Origin: Octopus vulgaris
Lineage: Eukaryota
Direction: 5' to 3'
DNA length: 64,000 nt
Assembly: GCA_951406725.2 (NCBI GenBank)
Contig: OX597835.1
Coordinates: 18,662,001 to 18,726,000, forward strand
Below are positions 38,520 to 53,254 of this stretch, piece after piece. The notes under the pieces were generated by a model, which saw only the letters and a list, made by a program, of their open reading frames with translations, did no database searches and was not told where the DNA came from. The position numbers were made by a program, and so were the translations under genes. Each line of letters begins with the position of its first letter. The first letter of the stretch is position 1.

Positions 38520-38790
38520 AACATTGTGTACAGTTTTCAGGTGCACTACAACTCATCTAAAGTGCATATATAATCAGGTGTAGTTTCGACGGATTTCGGA
38601 AAGCATGAGGGCCTTAAAGGATGCAGTGTCATGGCAGTCAACAACTGACGCAGGCAGTTTATTCCATGAGCGTGAAGAAATGTTTCCGAAGGTCATGGGA
38701 GCTGTGTTGTTTTCTGACTTTGTAGGCATGTCCACGTGTGTTAGACACATGGAGATCAAAAAGGTGTTCAGTGTTGTTATTGGTGGAAAC
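38520..38790 (-). mobile_element. CR1-type LINE 3' fragment
   Basis: SNTRGHAYKVRKQHSSHDLRKHFFT..WNKLPASVVDCHDTASFKALM* matches the CR1 C-terminal TRGH...R..FF..RV...WN.LP..VV....FK pattern. Confidence 0.85.
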
Positions 38791-38967
38791 TGCTAGAGAT
38801 CCGAGTGAGATTCTGGCAAAGTAGCATTTTATCCATTGTATTTCTATTTCAAATTTATCTGAAAATTTTGAATGTCTTCGACAGCTGTTGGGCGAGTTAA
38901 TGAAAAGCTTCTGGCTTTGGGTAAACGAAAATGCAGGAGGATGAGTTAATTATGATTTTATTCAACA

Positions 38968-39351
38968 CTAGCAGTATCGCCCGGCGTTGCTCGGGTTTGT
39001 AAGGGAAATAACTATAAAGCATTTTGAGAGAGTTATAGCCAAAAAATAGCAAAAAAGTGGAAAAAAAATTATGGTAAATTTCTTTTGAGAGTTAAAAAGG
39101 TCGAGTTGCGTCCCCTAGACAGTCTGTGGTTTGTGTTTCTGATTCTCGACCCCATGTCGAATTTATCGATTTTTTTCAGAACTGGAGGAACTTTTCAAAA
39201 TTTTCGCTGCGTTAGTTTTGAATTATGACATTGGGCTATGTGTGTGTTAAGTTTCATCAGAATCGGTTGAAAGCCGTGGTCAGGGTGAGGGTACAACCTA
39301 ACAGACACACACACACGCAGACAGACAAACTGCCGTTTATATATAGAGAGA
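38968..39351 (-). mobile_element. Non-autonomous Helitron, 5' type 1, complete
   Basis: Minus strand A^TCTCTCTATATATAAAC ... CCCGAGCAACGCCGGG-CGATACTG-CTAG^T, with no TSD. Confidence 0.88.
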
Positions 39352-39567
39352 TATATCTCTCTCTGATTCACATAGTTATGACAGCGGCCCTTTGGTTTTT
39401 TTTCTAAGATCTATAGTAAAATCGAGATATTGAGCCTCCAACCAGGCCCTTCGCACTACCTTTAAGGCTAGGAACATTTCAGGACCCACCCCTCGTAGCT
39501 TAGCCATGCTGTTACAAGACCTCGAATGACTATGAAAGTAGTGTTGTAGAATAGTTATAATTCAATA

Positions 39568-39747
39568 TATTTCTTTACTGCTCAGAAGGGGCTAAACATA
39601 GAGGGGACAAACAAAGACAGACGAAGGGATCGAGTCGATTATATCGCCCCCAGTGCGAAACTGGTACTTTATTTATCGACCCCGAAAGGATGAAAGGCAA
39701 AGTTGACCTCGGCGGAATTTGAACTCAGAACGTAACGACAGACGAAA
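39568..39747 (-). mobile_element. SINE family B, 5'-truncated
   Basis: Matches the reverse complement of 41130-41294. Confidence 0.85.
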
Positions 39748-40293
39748 TATAATTCAATAGAAACAGGGTATTGATTACGCGCGAGTGCTGAGTATCATGG
39801 TGGTTGTGTTGATGATTATGATGGTGGTTGTTTCGATGATGATGGTGATGACGATGACGACGAGGACGATAAAAATTAAAAGTGGAAACAGAGAGGTGAA
39901 TGTGAGGAGAGAGAGCAAGGGATGAGGAAAATATTCAGCGTTTATGAAACATTTGTCTTTCAATTTATCACTCTCTCATTTTATACTCGTCCGGATATTG
40001 AACCTGAGACTAGCATTGCTTTCTTCAATGTTAAATATCCTATACGGCTATCTGAAGATAATTTACTAAGGAATTCTTGAAAGATTCACACAAACCTCAT
40101 AGCTCCTCGACAAACTCGAATAGTAGGTTCTTGTTGTAACACGAGAATACAGACAAGAGAAAAACACAGGGAGATGAATGCAAAGAGTGGGCGCAAGTAT
40201 TTATCTGCAAACAATATGTTTCACATGATACTTTGGAAGGTTTCATTGCGGAAAAGTTTTGGTTTTATGTACACACGAGCACTTAATCATATA

Positions 40294-40665
40294 CTAGCAG
40301 TATCGCCCGGCGTTGCTCGGGTTTGTAAGGGAAATAACTATAAAGCATTTTTAGAGAGTTATAGCCAAAAAATAGCCAAAAAATAGAAAAAAATGATGGT
40401 AAATTTTTTTTGAGAGTAAAAAAAGGTGGAGTTGCGTCCCCTAGATAGTTTGCGGTTTGTGTTTCTGATTCTCGACCCCATGTCGAATTTATCGATTTTT
40501 TTCAGAACTGGGGAACTTTTCAAAATTTTCGCTGCGTTAGTTTTGAATTATGACATTGGGCTATGTGTGTGTCAAATTTCATCAGAATCGGTTGAAAGCC
40601 GTGGTCAGGGTGAGGGTACAACCAAACAGACACACAGAAAAACGCACAGACAAACTGCCGTTTAT
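40294..40665 (-). mobile_element. Non-autonomous Helitron, 5' type 1
   Basis: Near-identical to 38968-39340, with the CTAG 3' end at 40294. Confidence 0.88.
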
Positions 40666-41080
40666 CATATATGTGTGTGCATCTTGGAGTGCGTAGGCCA
40701 GAATGTTATTCTAAACTTGGATAAGTTGTGACTGATCCAGTTCTCTTTATCTGTGAACGATCCATGCGTAAATGCCATACGTACGTTCGTTGTAATACGT
40801 TGCGTATTGTAGACGATAGAACAATACGTGAATGCATGATTAAAATCTATCTACCCTACTATTATAGTTTGCTTTCAAAATGTCTCACTCTCATTCTCTC
40901 GGTCTTTTTCTCTATCTCTGTCTATTTCAAAAATGCATTGCAATATAAAACCACACGCACGATATTTATATATGGACACACATGTACTTGCATATATGTA
41001 CACATACATATATGCATACATACATATATATGTATGTATGTATATATATATGTATATATGTCTGTATATATATATATACA

Positions 41081-41294
41081 AGGCGGCGAACTGGCAGAAA
41101 CGTTAGCACGCCGGGCGAAATGCTCAGCAGTATTTCGGCTCTCGTTACGTTCTGATTCAAATTCCGCCGAGGTCGACTTTGCCTTTCATCCTTTCGGGGT
41201 CGATAAATAAAGTACCAGTTACGCACTGGGGATCGATGTAATATAATCCTTTTCCTGTCCTTGTTTGTCTCCTCTATGTTTAGCCCCTTGTGGC
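41081..41294 (+). mobile_element. SINE family B
   Basis: Head GGCGGCGAACTGGCAGAAACGTTAGC, B-box-like TTCAAATTCC, then GCCTTTCATCCTTTCGGGGTCGATAAA. Confidence 0.9.
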
Positions 41295-41365
41295 ATATAT
41301 ATATATATATATACATAAACACACACTCAGAGACACCCACCCACAAACATATACACACATATATA

Positions 41366-41536
41366 TTCTCACTTTACTTTGACTGCTCCATGCTGGAGCA
41401 CAGCCTTTAATCGAGCAAATCGACCCCAGGGCTTATACTTTGTAACCTAGTACTTATTCTATCGGTTTCTTTTGCCGAACCGTAAGTTACGGGGACGTAA
41501 ACACAGGAATACAAACATATACACGCACATACATAT

Positions 41537-41623
<87 letters not shown>

Positions 41624-41794
41624 AATATAGATATATACGACGGGTTTCTTTCAGTTTCCGTCTACGGAATCCACTTACATGGCTTCGTCGAGGCTATAGT
41701 AGAAGACACTCGCCCACGTTGCGATGCAGTGGGACTGAACCCACAACCATGTGGTTTGTAAGCAAGCTACCTGCCATACAGCCTATCCTGCGCC

Positions 41795-41795
<1 letters not shown>
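41366..41795 (-). mobile_element. SINE family A (older, expanded internal TA tract)
   Basis: Same head and tail as 43888-44308. Confidence 0.85.
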
Positions 41796-41826
<31 letters not shown>

Positions 41827-42764
41827 TATATACATATATATATATATACATAAATATATATATATATATACATATACATAAATACACACACATAAATATA
41901 TTTATATATACATATATATTGAATTATATTTATTTAATTTTCGGAATAACAGAAAAATTGGTTTATTTTTCTTGCTATTTTTATTTGTGTTATTAAATTA
42001 CATTTCATTTTCGGAAACGTAAACTGTTAGTGTTGCCTTTCATTTTTTCAAGTTCATCTCGTTCAAGTTATCTAGTTTTACCTGCATCATAACATTTCAG
42101 AAATGAACAGATACACATGCGCGCGCACACATGCGTTCGCAGACACACTCAAACACACACATTTATTTCTTTTGTTCCTTTTCCTTTTCTTCTTTTTTTA
42201 TTTAAATTTTTTTTAATTTTATTATTTTTTTTGTTCTTTTCTTCCCTTTTACGATCTCTCTTGATCGAAAACCTACACCTCCCCCTTTTTTTTGTTTCTT
42301 TTGTTTTTTGTTTTTTTTTCATCCCCCAAAAGAAAAGCTCTACCTTGTAACTTGTCCCATCTGTGTGCAGCCCTGTGTGGCCAATAAAGAAACTTATATA
42401 GATACATGGTACGTCTGAGTGTTTGCATCTGTTTGAGGGTGGATTTATATACCGGCTCCAATGCTTGTAAATGCATATTTCAGAGCAAGAGAGGTAATGA
42501 AAAGCGGAATCCTTTTCGCGTAGATTTCGGTCATTAAAGAAATCTCATTCGTGATGGATTTCGCCGAATATTTCAAAAATGGTGAAGCAGCAAAGAGGGT
42601 AATTATAAACAAGAAATACAAGTTCAGTGTCCCAACAGAACGAGCGGATGCATGGAAATCAGAAGAGAAGCAATGATTCATTTAATATGCTTTAAATAAT
42701 ACGAAGCATTCCTATTTTGAACTATTTTAATACATCACTCCTTGCTGAATCAATAGATACCTTT

Positions 42765-42815
42765 GTATATGTATGTATGTATGTATGTATGTATATATGT
42801 ATGTATGTATGTATG

Positions 42816-42849
<34 letters not shown>

Positions 42850-43274
42850 CGTATGTATGTATGTATGTATGCATGTATGTATGTATGTACGTATGTATGT
42901 ATGTATGTATGTATGTATGTATGTATGTATGTATGTATGTATGTATGTATGCATGCATGTATGTATGTATGTATGTATGTATGTATGTATGTATGTATGT
43001 ATGTATGTATGTATGTATGTATGTATGTACGTATGTACGTATGTATGTGTGGATGTATGCATGTATGTATGTACGTACGAATCCCCCTCTCTCTCTCTCA
43101 ATATATATATACATATATATATATTATATATACATGCACACACATTCATATATATGTATGAATGTCTGTTTGCATGTATGTATATATGTGTATATGTCTG
43201 TATGTATATAAGTATATATCTATCTGTCTCTCCCTCTCTTTCTCTCTCTCTCTCTCTCTTATATATATATATAA

Positions 43275-43365
<91 letters not shown>
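42765..43365. repeat. (TATG)n followed by (CT)n/(TA)n microsatellites
   Basis: Read directly; it explains the MYVC/HTYI ORFs. Confidence 0.95.
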
Positions 43366-43366
<1 letters not shown>

Positions 43367-43887
43367 CACCTCCGGTAAATATTTGGAAATCTATGTTTAG
43401 TCTTTACTTTGCTGTGAATCTCTAAGCTTCATCTCACTGCAATAATTCTCCAAGTGGAATTTATTTCATGCTGGCATTTTGATAATATTTTCGGATATAT
43501 GGGGAAGAAATATCGAACTATATTATATATTTTTCTTTCAAGCTGTGCATCGTTTCCAATGTTTTGCTCCAATTACGTCTGGAAATTAATTTCAGTGCAT
43601 TTCTGTGCAACGCTATATACTGTATTAGTTCGCAGCTCTGTCATGCTAAGTAAAGAAGAGAGATGAGATGAGATGAAATTTCGTCTCCTGCTACACTTCT
43701 TTCATTCCAGGTTATCACCGATTTCGCTGTACTGTCTTCTAGTGCATTCCATCAATGGTAATCCAGTACGATTTCAGACACTTTTTTTTTTACCTCAAAT
43801 CCGCATTTTTATTACGAGTTCAAATCCAGCGACTTGTAAATTCGTTTTCTTACTTGACCTTCTCCGTTCGACTAATTAATATAAATA

Positions 43888-44308
43888 TACTCTTTTACTC
43901 TTTTACTCTTTTACTTGTTTCAGTCATTTGACTGCGGCCATGCTGGAGCACCGCCTTTAATCGAGCAAATCGACCCCGGGACTTATTCTTTTGTAAGCCC
44001 AGTACTTATTCTATCGGTCTCTTTTTGCCGAACCGCTAAGTAACGGGGACATAAACGCGCCAGCATCGGTTGTCAAAAAATGCTAGGGGGAAACACACAA
44101 ACACACAAACACACACACGCATATATATATATATATACATATATACGACAGGCTTCTCTCAGTTTCCGTCTACCAAATCCACTCACAAGGCTTTGGTCGG
44201 CCCGAGGCTATAGTAGAAGACACTTGCCCAAGGTGCCACGCAGTGGGACTGAACCCGGAACCATGTGGTTGGTAAGTAAGCTACTTACCACACAGCCACT
44301 CCTGCGCC
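43888..44308 (-). mobile_element. SINE family A, full length
   Basis: Complete head and tail. An older head lies head-to-head at ~44370-44507 (+). Confidence 0.93.
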
Positions 44309-45299
44309 CATATGTGTAACATTGTAGGCAACTAACATCATCCCCTCTATTTCATGGACCTAGGCTTAAGGAGCAGGTGTGGTCGTGTGGTAAGACGCTT
44401 GCTTCTCAAACACAAGGTAACAGGTTCAATTTCACTGTGTGAAACATTGGGCACGTTGTGTTTTCGAATGTGTCTTCGGACCGACTAAAGAATTGAGAGT
44501 GGATTTCTTAGTCAGAAACTACAAGAAGTACCATGTATAAAAACACATGCACACGCAGACACACAGACACGCACATATGCACACAAACACACACACATAC
44601 ACATGCACACGCACGCAAGCACACGCACGCACGCACGCACACGCACGCACGCACACACGAACAGAAAAATACACACACAAATGCACACACACACACAAAA
44701 AGAATACACACACTCATGCACACGTACATGCACACGTACATACACACGTACGCACACACAGACACAAAAATACACGCACATATGCACATGCACACGCACA
44801 CACAAGCACAAAAAATACACACACACGCACACACGCGCACACACACACGTGCACGCACACACGCCCCTATATATACGAGTGAGTGAAGAAACGAAGGAAG
44901 GGCACTCGACATATTATTTAGGAGTTACATATATGGATTTAGTCAGGAACTACAGGAAGCACCCCGTATACATACACACACAAGCACACGAAGACACACC
45001 CATGCACACACTCAAAAACACAAAAATGCTCACACACGCACACACACACACGTGCACGCACAGAGCTCCCCACAAACACACACACATATACAAGTGATTT
45101 TATTGGGAGTTACATATATAGGTGAAAGCAGTTTGATTCAAATCCGTCGGTACTCTTGATTTTCATGCGCTTCAATGTATATATATATAGTTAATCCAAA
45201 CAAGAAGACACAAAAGCAAAAAAACACAACGACGCGAGGACGTGGAACAAATAAAGTATTATTGGACGCTCAGGAAAGAAGGGAAGAAATATATATATG

Positions 45300-45351
<52 letters not shown>

Positions 45352-45363
45352 GTATATATAATA

Positions 45364-45394
<31 letters not shown>

Positions 45395-45448
45395 TCTTTC
45401 GTGAGTTGAGTTGAGCAAACACTATATGAGAGAGGTTTTCTTTAAGTA

Positions 45449-45640
45449 TTAGAAATAGTTTTAAAAAGTTTTTTAGCTGCTATTTCTAATGAGTTCAGTA
45501 TGCGGCAAAGTAATTTATTTTACTAAGCCCTTTTATATAATGTAATAATTTGAATTCGCCTTAAATGGTCCCTTTGCATACTGAACACTTGGTGAAATTG
45601 ATTAATAATTAATTAATTTTACCCTCAATTGTTGAAATAT
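45449..45640 (+). repeat. Structured (TA)n-abutting repeat terminus (three-helix motif)
   Basis: TTAGAAATAG/CTATTTCTAA, GTTCAGTATGC/GCATACTGAAC and GGTGAAATT/AATTTTACC, then TTGAAA(TA)n. Fragments recur at 33411-33785. Confidence 0.7.
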
Positions 45641-47079
45641 ATATATATATGCATATATATATATAGATGGATGTGCTTGTGTGCGCGTGTGATTTTGTGT
45701 TCTTGTATGTCCACCACCGACGCTTGACGACCAGTGTTGGTGTATTTGCATCCTGTGACCTATCAGTTCGGCAAAGTGTCCGTTTAAATAAGCAAAAGTT
45801 TTAATAATTATAAGTACTTAAGTCTTCTCACTCATCTCATTCGACCATAATTCGACCAACACGAAGAAAGCTGAAATAATATTACTTAGATTTGCCCATC
45901 AACATTTCGTTTTCATTTTTCTCTGCGTCGAATATTACTTCATTCTACCTGTCTCCTTATTGCTTATAATTTAGGCAAATGTCTAGCAATTTAAAACGGG
46001 TTACTAAAGTACTTTGCATTGGTTATGATGCATATTGTCAAGGACTAGTAGGGTGAAAGGCAAATTTGGGCCACTTGAGCGGAACGTAAGAAAATAGATC
46101 AAGGAGAAATGTCAAACGATCTCAAGACTCGGATTATCCACGAATTATACCCTCTGGAATAATAAATGGTATGAGCTCGTGTTGTCTAACCTGAATTCAA
46201 TCCAGGGTTACTAGATCAAAGAATGAACAATTTGCGACCATCATATCCTCCCAGTTTTATTCTGAAATAATATAAAGTATCAAAAGCAACATTACCCTCT
46301 TCTTACAAGACATTCAGCAATGGTTTGAGTGCCATTGGAGTGAACTACTTTTAGCAAGCCAATCGTTTTCTTGAAAACCCTGAGTTGCGATGCTCCAGCA
46401 AAACCACAGTCCAATTAACGAAACCAATAAATTTATAAATGAATATATCCTACTTAAATGAGAAAGCTTTCAGAAAAATGTTCGGAACTAGGCTAAATAT
46501 GCTTTTACAAAATCAATTCCATTACATTATCTCTGATTGAATAATAACATTTAGATTATATATCGCATGGCTTGGGCTGTCATTAGAATTGTCTTGGAGA
46601 ATGGATTATATATAGTTCTTCTTTTAATGTTCCTTCTTAACAGACACGTGAGTGTAACAGCTGAAGCTATAGTAGTAGTATTAGTGGTAGTAGCAGCAGA
46701 GCAGTATTAGTAGTGGCAGTAGCAGCGGCAGTAGCAGCAGCAGTAGCAGCCACAGACGAAATGATTCTATTGATACTAGTTGTTGAGAACATACGAACTA
46801 TTTATTATATGTACATGCTTGTATAAATGTATGCACTTATGTGTGTGTGTGTGTGCGCATATATAGATGTGTTCATTTATATATCTGATAGTATATTTGT
46901 ACTCAGATGTGTTTAATTTTATTTAGAACTATAATTATCCTACAAAAATATGTTTCTGTGTGTGTGTATGTGTGTGTGTGTGCATTGCATTTGTGTGTCT
47001 GTGTCTCTGTGTGTGCATAAATGTATCTATATGTATATGTGTGTACTTGTGTATGCTGTATATATCATCTATCTATCCG

Positions 47080-47146
<67 letters not shown>

Positions 47147-47155
47147 CTCTCTCTC

Positions 47156-47241
<86 letters not shown>

Positions 47242-47245
47242 CAGG

Positions 47246-47879
47246 AAACTAGATGTAAAAAGTTTTTACTTTTCATTTCGTTCCTTTCGGAATTTTATCG
47301 CTAATTTTGTGGTTTTGGAAGCTAGCTGTTCTTTTTAGCGTAATGAATCCTATACTTGGAAACCTCGTATGTGTTTAAATGTACACTGTATTTTATGAGT
47401 AATACATAGCCTGTGGTCAACATTTTTATACGTTAGACCACTGGAAGTGAAAATGTCTATTAATTTCCATTTCAGTTCGATGTCATTAAGTATTGTAAGT
47501 CTTTGGATAATTTTCGAATTTTAAAAGTTGACATTTTTTCTATTGCCGACGAGGAGCTGCGCTGGCGAAGTAGATTTGTAAGAATTCGGCTGCATAAACA
47601 AGAAGCATATAATTGATTGCCTTGCGTTTATATATTTAATCTGAGGTGTACCTGTTTATAACGATTTCACCTAGCAAATTATTTTATTTGCTAAACTGAA
47701 ATCAGAAACCAATTGGTCCAGTAAACTAGATGGTAAAAGTTTTTATTTTCTCATTTCGTTCCTGTCGGAATTTTATCGCTAATTTTGTGGTTTTGGAACC
47801 TAGCTGTACTTTCTAGCGTGATGAATCCCATGAGTGGATTCCTCGTATGTGTTTAAATGTAAACTGAGTTTTATGAGTA
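47246..47879. repeat. ~155-bp direct repeats (47246-47401, 47723-47879) bracketing ~320 bp, flanked by (TA)n
   Basis: aaactagatg..aaagttttta....tcatttcgttcct.tcggaattttatcgctaattttgtggttttggaa occurs twice. Confidence 0.85.
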
Positions 47880-47941
47880 CATATATATATATATATATAT
47901 ACATATATATATGTGTGTGTGTATGTATGTATGTATGTATG

Positions 47942-48036
<95 letters not shown>

Positions 48037-48869
48037 CTGTGTGTGTGAAGATAGAGAGAGAGGGAGACAGCCAGACTGTCAGACAGACAGAGACAGTGGC
48101 TCCTCTACTCTCAGCCTCTAAATATGTGTATTTTTTTCAAGTCTAGTAAGAGAATTTCCAGACATGTCGGGACGGGTACATAGATTAGAATTCACCCTAA
48201 GCAATCCTTGGTGCACCTTACTACTTGATGTGGGTAGGCGGAATCTGAACTATACCTTAGAGCACTTACAGTTCCCTCCTGGATAAGTTATCCCACTATG
48301 CCCATAATATGAGTGTGCTTATCTATATTCACATATAGAAGAGGGTACATCCGGAAGGATAAGAGTGAAGAAGTAGAAGCACAGAACTAAAAATCTAATA
48401 TGGTCTGAAACTATATATCGCTTCACGTCTGAATGAAGTAGAAGGGGGGAAAGTAATGCGCAGACCTCATATGTGGATGATGAATGCAAACAATTACTGC
48501 AACAATGGTAGCAGCAACAATTGCAGCTGTAACAACTCTTACTTCATTAACACACTTTTAATTTGATAATAGAAGAATCTAGCTTATAGATGAGAATTAT
48601 AACCCTCAGCTTTAAAGGAAATAAACAAATCGTTGAAGTATGATTAGAAAACTTATTGTAATTAAGTGTACTTATCCACACAAACACTCTCACACACACA
48701 AACACAGTTGCTGTTTGGAATAATGTTTAGTTGGGTATATAATGCGTAATGTAATTAAATGTGTTTAGAATGTATTGAATGTAAACATAAGTATAGGCGT
48801 ATTTATAATGGAAATAAAAAAATTGTAAATACTTGTGTATCGTTTTTCCTATACATACAACGCAATGGC

Positions 48870-48901
<32 letters not shown>

Positions 48902-49239
48902 CTGTGTGTGTGTGTGTGTGTGTGTGAATGTGTGTGTGTGTGTGCATGTATAAATAAAGAGGTTGTATTTAATGCAAGACTAGAAAAATTTTGTATGACA
49001 TAATGTATTTAGTAAAAAAACAGTTAAAATATATGTTTTCCATTATATAACTGTTTCGGTGTATATGAATTAATTAGCCAATTGTTAATGTGTGTGTAGA
49101 ATAAATCGATTACAAATTTGTTTTAGAATGTATATAATGCGGTGCGTAAAGAAATATTAATTTGTGTACGTAATATATTGAATAACGACAATAGAAATAT
49201 ATTTATAAAATGTTTTGCATAATGATTTTATGTTAGACA

Positions 49240-49630
49240 GGATGGATGGAAGCACTCCGTCGGTTACGACGACGAGGGTTCCGGTTGATTCGATCAACAG
49301 AACAGCCTGCTCGTGAAATTAACGTGTAAGTGGCTGAGCACTCCACAGACACGTGTACCCTTAACGTAGTTCTCGGGGATATTCAGCGTGACACAGAGAG
49401 TGACAAGGCCGGCCCTTTGAAATACAGGTACAACAGAAACAGGAAGTAAGAGTGAGAGAAAGTTGTGGTGAAAGAGTACAGCAGGGATCACCACCATCCC
49501 CTGCCGGAGCCTCGTGGAGCTTTAGGTGTTTTCGCTTAATAAACACTCACAACGACCGGTCTGGGAATCGAAACCGCGATCCTATGACCGCGAGTCCGCT
49601 GCCCTAACCACTGGGCCATTGCGCCTCCAC
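49240..49630 (-). mobile_element. SINE family C
   Basis: Near-identical to 19212-19596, with an (ATCC)n tail. Confidence 0.92.
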
Positions 49631-51884
49631 TAATGTGATATATTTGTTAAGATCTACGTGATCATATATTTACATACACACATACACACAAGCACGCGCA
49701 CACACACTTAGACATACACAAACACACACATATATGTATGTATGCATTTATGTATGTGTGCATAAATATATATATATGTGCATGTATGTGGGGAGGGTTT
49801 ATTTATGTATACACACACACCTATATGCACAGGTGTATACTAGCTGGAGGCAGTACCTCAGTAGGGCTGCCCGTCGCTGTCACATGAATGAATAAAATAA
49901 AAGATAGTTTATATGTGTGTGTGTGTGTGAGTGTGTGTGTGCGTGCGTGAACGTATGTGTATATGTGCATGTATGTTTTCACCCCTGTTCTATATTTATA
50001 TTTACATATGCTCTTAAGATGTGTTGAACTTGATACTAATATATCGGTGTATATTCTGCAATCACTCGCCGTCAGTAAAAGAGAATTAAGAAACCTGAAA
50101 AATGCAAAAAATCCTACAAGTTGCATTTATAGAAGTCAGATTTCTTTTATAAAAAACTTTTTTTAAACTAACAAAAAATACATAACCGTTGGGTAATTAT
50201 TTATCCTTACAGTATTTTTTATATGAAAATTAACAAAAAATTATTTCAGTGCTGCTACATCTGCTGACCTTACGATATTTCTATATTCATGGTACATGGC
50301 CGGCATTCAAGTGTTATTTTTCTGTGTTAGTTGATGGCGGTCTTGATAAGAATATACGCGATTCTTTTAATTTACTACGAATTCACCATCTCACCTGTTG
50401 CAATATGTGGCTTCAGAACCGAACTGGCTTCGTTTGTAAAAATCAAATTATGTATGATTTTTCCTGGAATACTGACCCAGGAGAAATTCATAGTTTAGTA
50501 TGTAATCCCGTATACTTCTTTTGTTTAACCGAGGAAGTATTCTTATTCTGTGTGTGGTGGTGGTGGTGGTGGTTCCTGAAGGATACTTATCAAGTGTAGT
50601 TGATGACACATATTTTTGGATATGGTGCACCAGCTTTTCAACGATACGCTGGCTACTGTTTCCATAAAGGATTATATATATCTTTATTGTTTTTCTGACG
50701 TAGATGTTGTGAAACAGGATTGGCATAGCCTGTTCAGTATAATATTTTGTGGCAGAAAATCAGATATGATGACAACTTTATCACTTTTGAAGATTGCAAT
50801 TTAGAAAATGCAAATTCTTGTAAAATGGTCATTGCAAATGTTTGTTTATTAGTTGTGCAAGTTGATTCTCTTAATCTATAGATGTTTGAAATATATTGTA
50901 TTCAAATACCTTCAGTAATTTTGAGATATAACCTTGTATTAAAAATCCGAGCTCAGATATAGAAAACTTGTGGCATAGAATCTGGGACAACCTTAATATT
51001 ATCATTTACAAAGAACTGTCGTCTATAGTATTAACATATTTGTTCTTGAAGTTTCAGAAGGCAGCGGGTGGAAATTCCTAAAATATAAGCTGCAATGTGC
51101 CAATGTACACAGTTTCTTGCATAAGTGCAAGTAACCCCAGATGCTTAAGGTTAGAAATACCACTATGATTTTTAGATGTTCATATTTACCTTCTATGTTG
51201 ATCTTGCAAATGGAAGTTTTAGTGTTTACGCATTAAAATATCAGAGATACATTTAATGCAGTCTTAAGAAGACAACTAAAAGATCCGATCACATCAAAGG
51301 ACCCCGCTTGTGACACTTCCTCATAGAAAGAAGAGATCATTAGAGTCGACAAGGATTTGAAGTCTTTAAAGCTGCCTAGAACTCATGTTGAAGCACGGAT
51401 GTCAAAACGTTACAATCCCGATATGAAGTAAAATGTGATAATGCTTTGAAACAAAAATATCTTTGTGAAAGTAGGTATCATCAGCTAGAACATGAATTAT
51501 GTGAAACTTATGGCCACATCAACAAATTTATAAATAGATATATTGAAAGTAGATACTTTGAGGATCACGACCAAAATATCTGGTGTGTATACATTGGAAA
51601 CAGCAAAAACATGAAATAAGTTTCTTGTACGCAGTATAAGTTTGTGGATTCTACTAACAACAATGAATTAGACAATATAATGGTAGCAGAAAATAGTTGG
51701 AAACAGTATTCTCCAAATATACTAATGTATTTGTCCAGAACAGGACAAAACTGGACAAGAAATACACCTAATATAACAACATCAAATTCACGTTCAATAA
51801 TGCTTCACCAACATGTTAATCAACCTGCAAATTTAGAAATAGTCTAAATAAAAGAAAAGTACAAACGTAAAGCAAAAGTCAAAC

Positions 51885-51963
<79 letters not shown>

Positions 51964-51974
51964 AAGAAGAAGAA

Positions 51975-52619
51975 GAAACAATAAATCATATTATCTCTAG
52001 CTGCCCAGTCCTGGCTAAGAAGGAATATATTCACAGACATGACAGAGTTGGAACTTACATACATTGGAAGCTATGCCAACATTATGGAATAACAACAGAA
52101 AAAAGATGGTATAGGCACACACCAGAAAAGGTCACAGAAAACGAGAAAGCAACCATACTCTGGGATATGCCGATACACACAGATAGAGAAATTAAGGCCA
52201 ACAGACCAGATATAGTTGTCAGAGACCATGAAGAAAAAAAATGCTTTCTAATTGATGTATCAGTACCGGCAGATGACAACGTGTCTCTAAAAGAAATGGA
52301 GAAACTCTCAAAATACAAGACCTGGAAATAGAGGTAACTAGAATGTGGAATATGAAAACAGAAACAATTCCTATCATAGTAGGTGCATTAGGCATGATAA
52401 AAAAATATTCAGACAAATACATAACAAAAACACCAGGACTTACAAACACATATAACATACAGAAAATTGCACTACTAGGCACTGCACACATCCTACGCAG
52501 AACACTTTCCATACAATAACCATCAGAGCATCACAACAAATCACAGCACATACCCAAGGCACACAGAGCTGCGCTCGGTAGTGAAGTGAAAGCACGCTAT
52601 AAAAATAAAACTAAAACTA

Positions 52620-52622
<3 letters not shown>
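51975..52622 (+). mobile_element. R4/Dong-type retrotransposon 3' end inserted in (TAA)n
   Basis: ETINHIISSCPVLAKKEYIHRHDRVG...ILWDMPIHTDREIKANRPDIVV...FLIDVSVP...EKLSKYK/DLEIEVTRMW...PIIVGALG...IQKIALLGTAHILRRTL* (CCHC tail, PD..D RLE). One frameshift at ~52318. Flanked by (TAA)n/(AAG)n and (TAA)n. Confidence 0.93.
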
Positions 52623-52657
<35 letters not shown>

Positions 52658-52703
52658 CAATAATAATAGCAATAATAATATTAATAACAACAATAATAAT
52701 AGC

Positions 52704-52821
<118 letters not shown>

Positions 52822-53254
52822 GAGGGTACTACTTGTAGCACCAGCATGCTAAAGGTACCATTCAAAATAACTCAAAACCACAGGTATCACTTGTACACAA
52901 GGGCGTAATCGAAGGCACGGGCTGTAAAATTATAAGACTCCATATCTTAGAGGAAAAGAAAATGAAATCACACATACCCGTATCACACTGGTTCCGAACT
53001 TTCTAAATGATGTCTTTGTTCTCGTCATTGAGAAATGCTGACCCAGGATGAAAAAGCAGGCGTGCTTCATCCATCTGTTCGATGACCATATTTAATGCCG
53101 CGGGAAGTTTTAAAATTTCACGTTCCATTCCTTCGATTTCGAATTTGTGTAATACCCTTCATTATTAATTGATAAGTATGCCTTTGTGGTTCTTTCATGC
53201 ACGCTAGCCTCTGATATTATTATTTATTGGTAACAGTAATATCCTTATATATTA

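Noticed and set aside
50944-50985. NPSSDIENLW as a Tc1 PIENLW motif
   Set aside because: There is no upstream WP..SPDL or QDN motif and no TIRs.
52980-53155. Minus-strand peptide HKFEIEGMEREILKLPAALNMVIEQMDEARLLFHPG followed by GTATGT
   Set aside because: An in-frame stop precedes the putative donor, and the resemblance to pogo-type NMDET is too weak to call.
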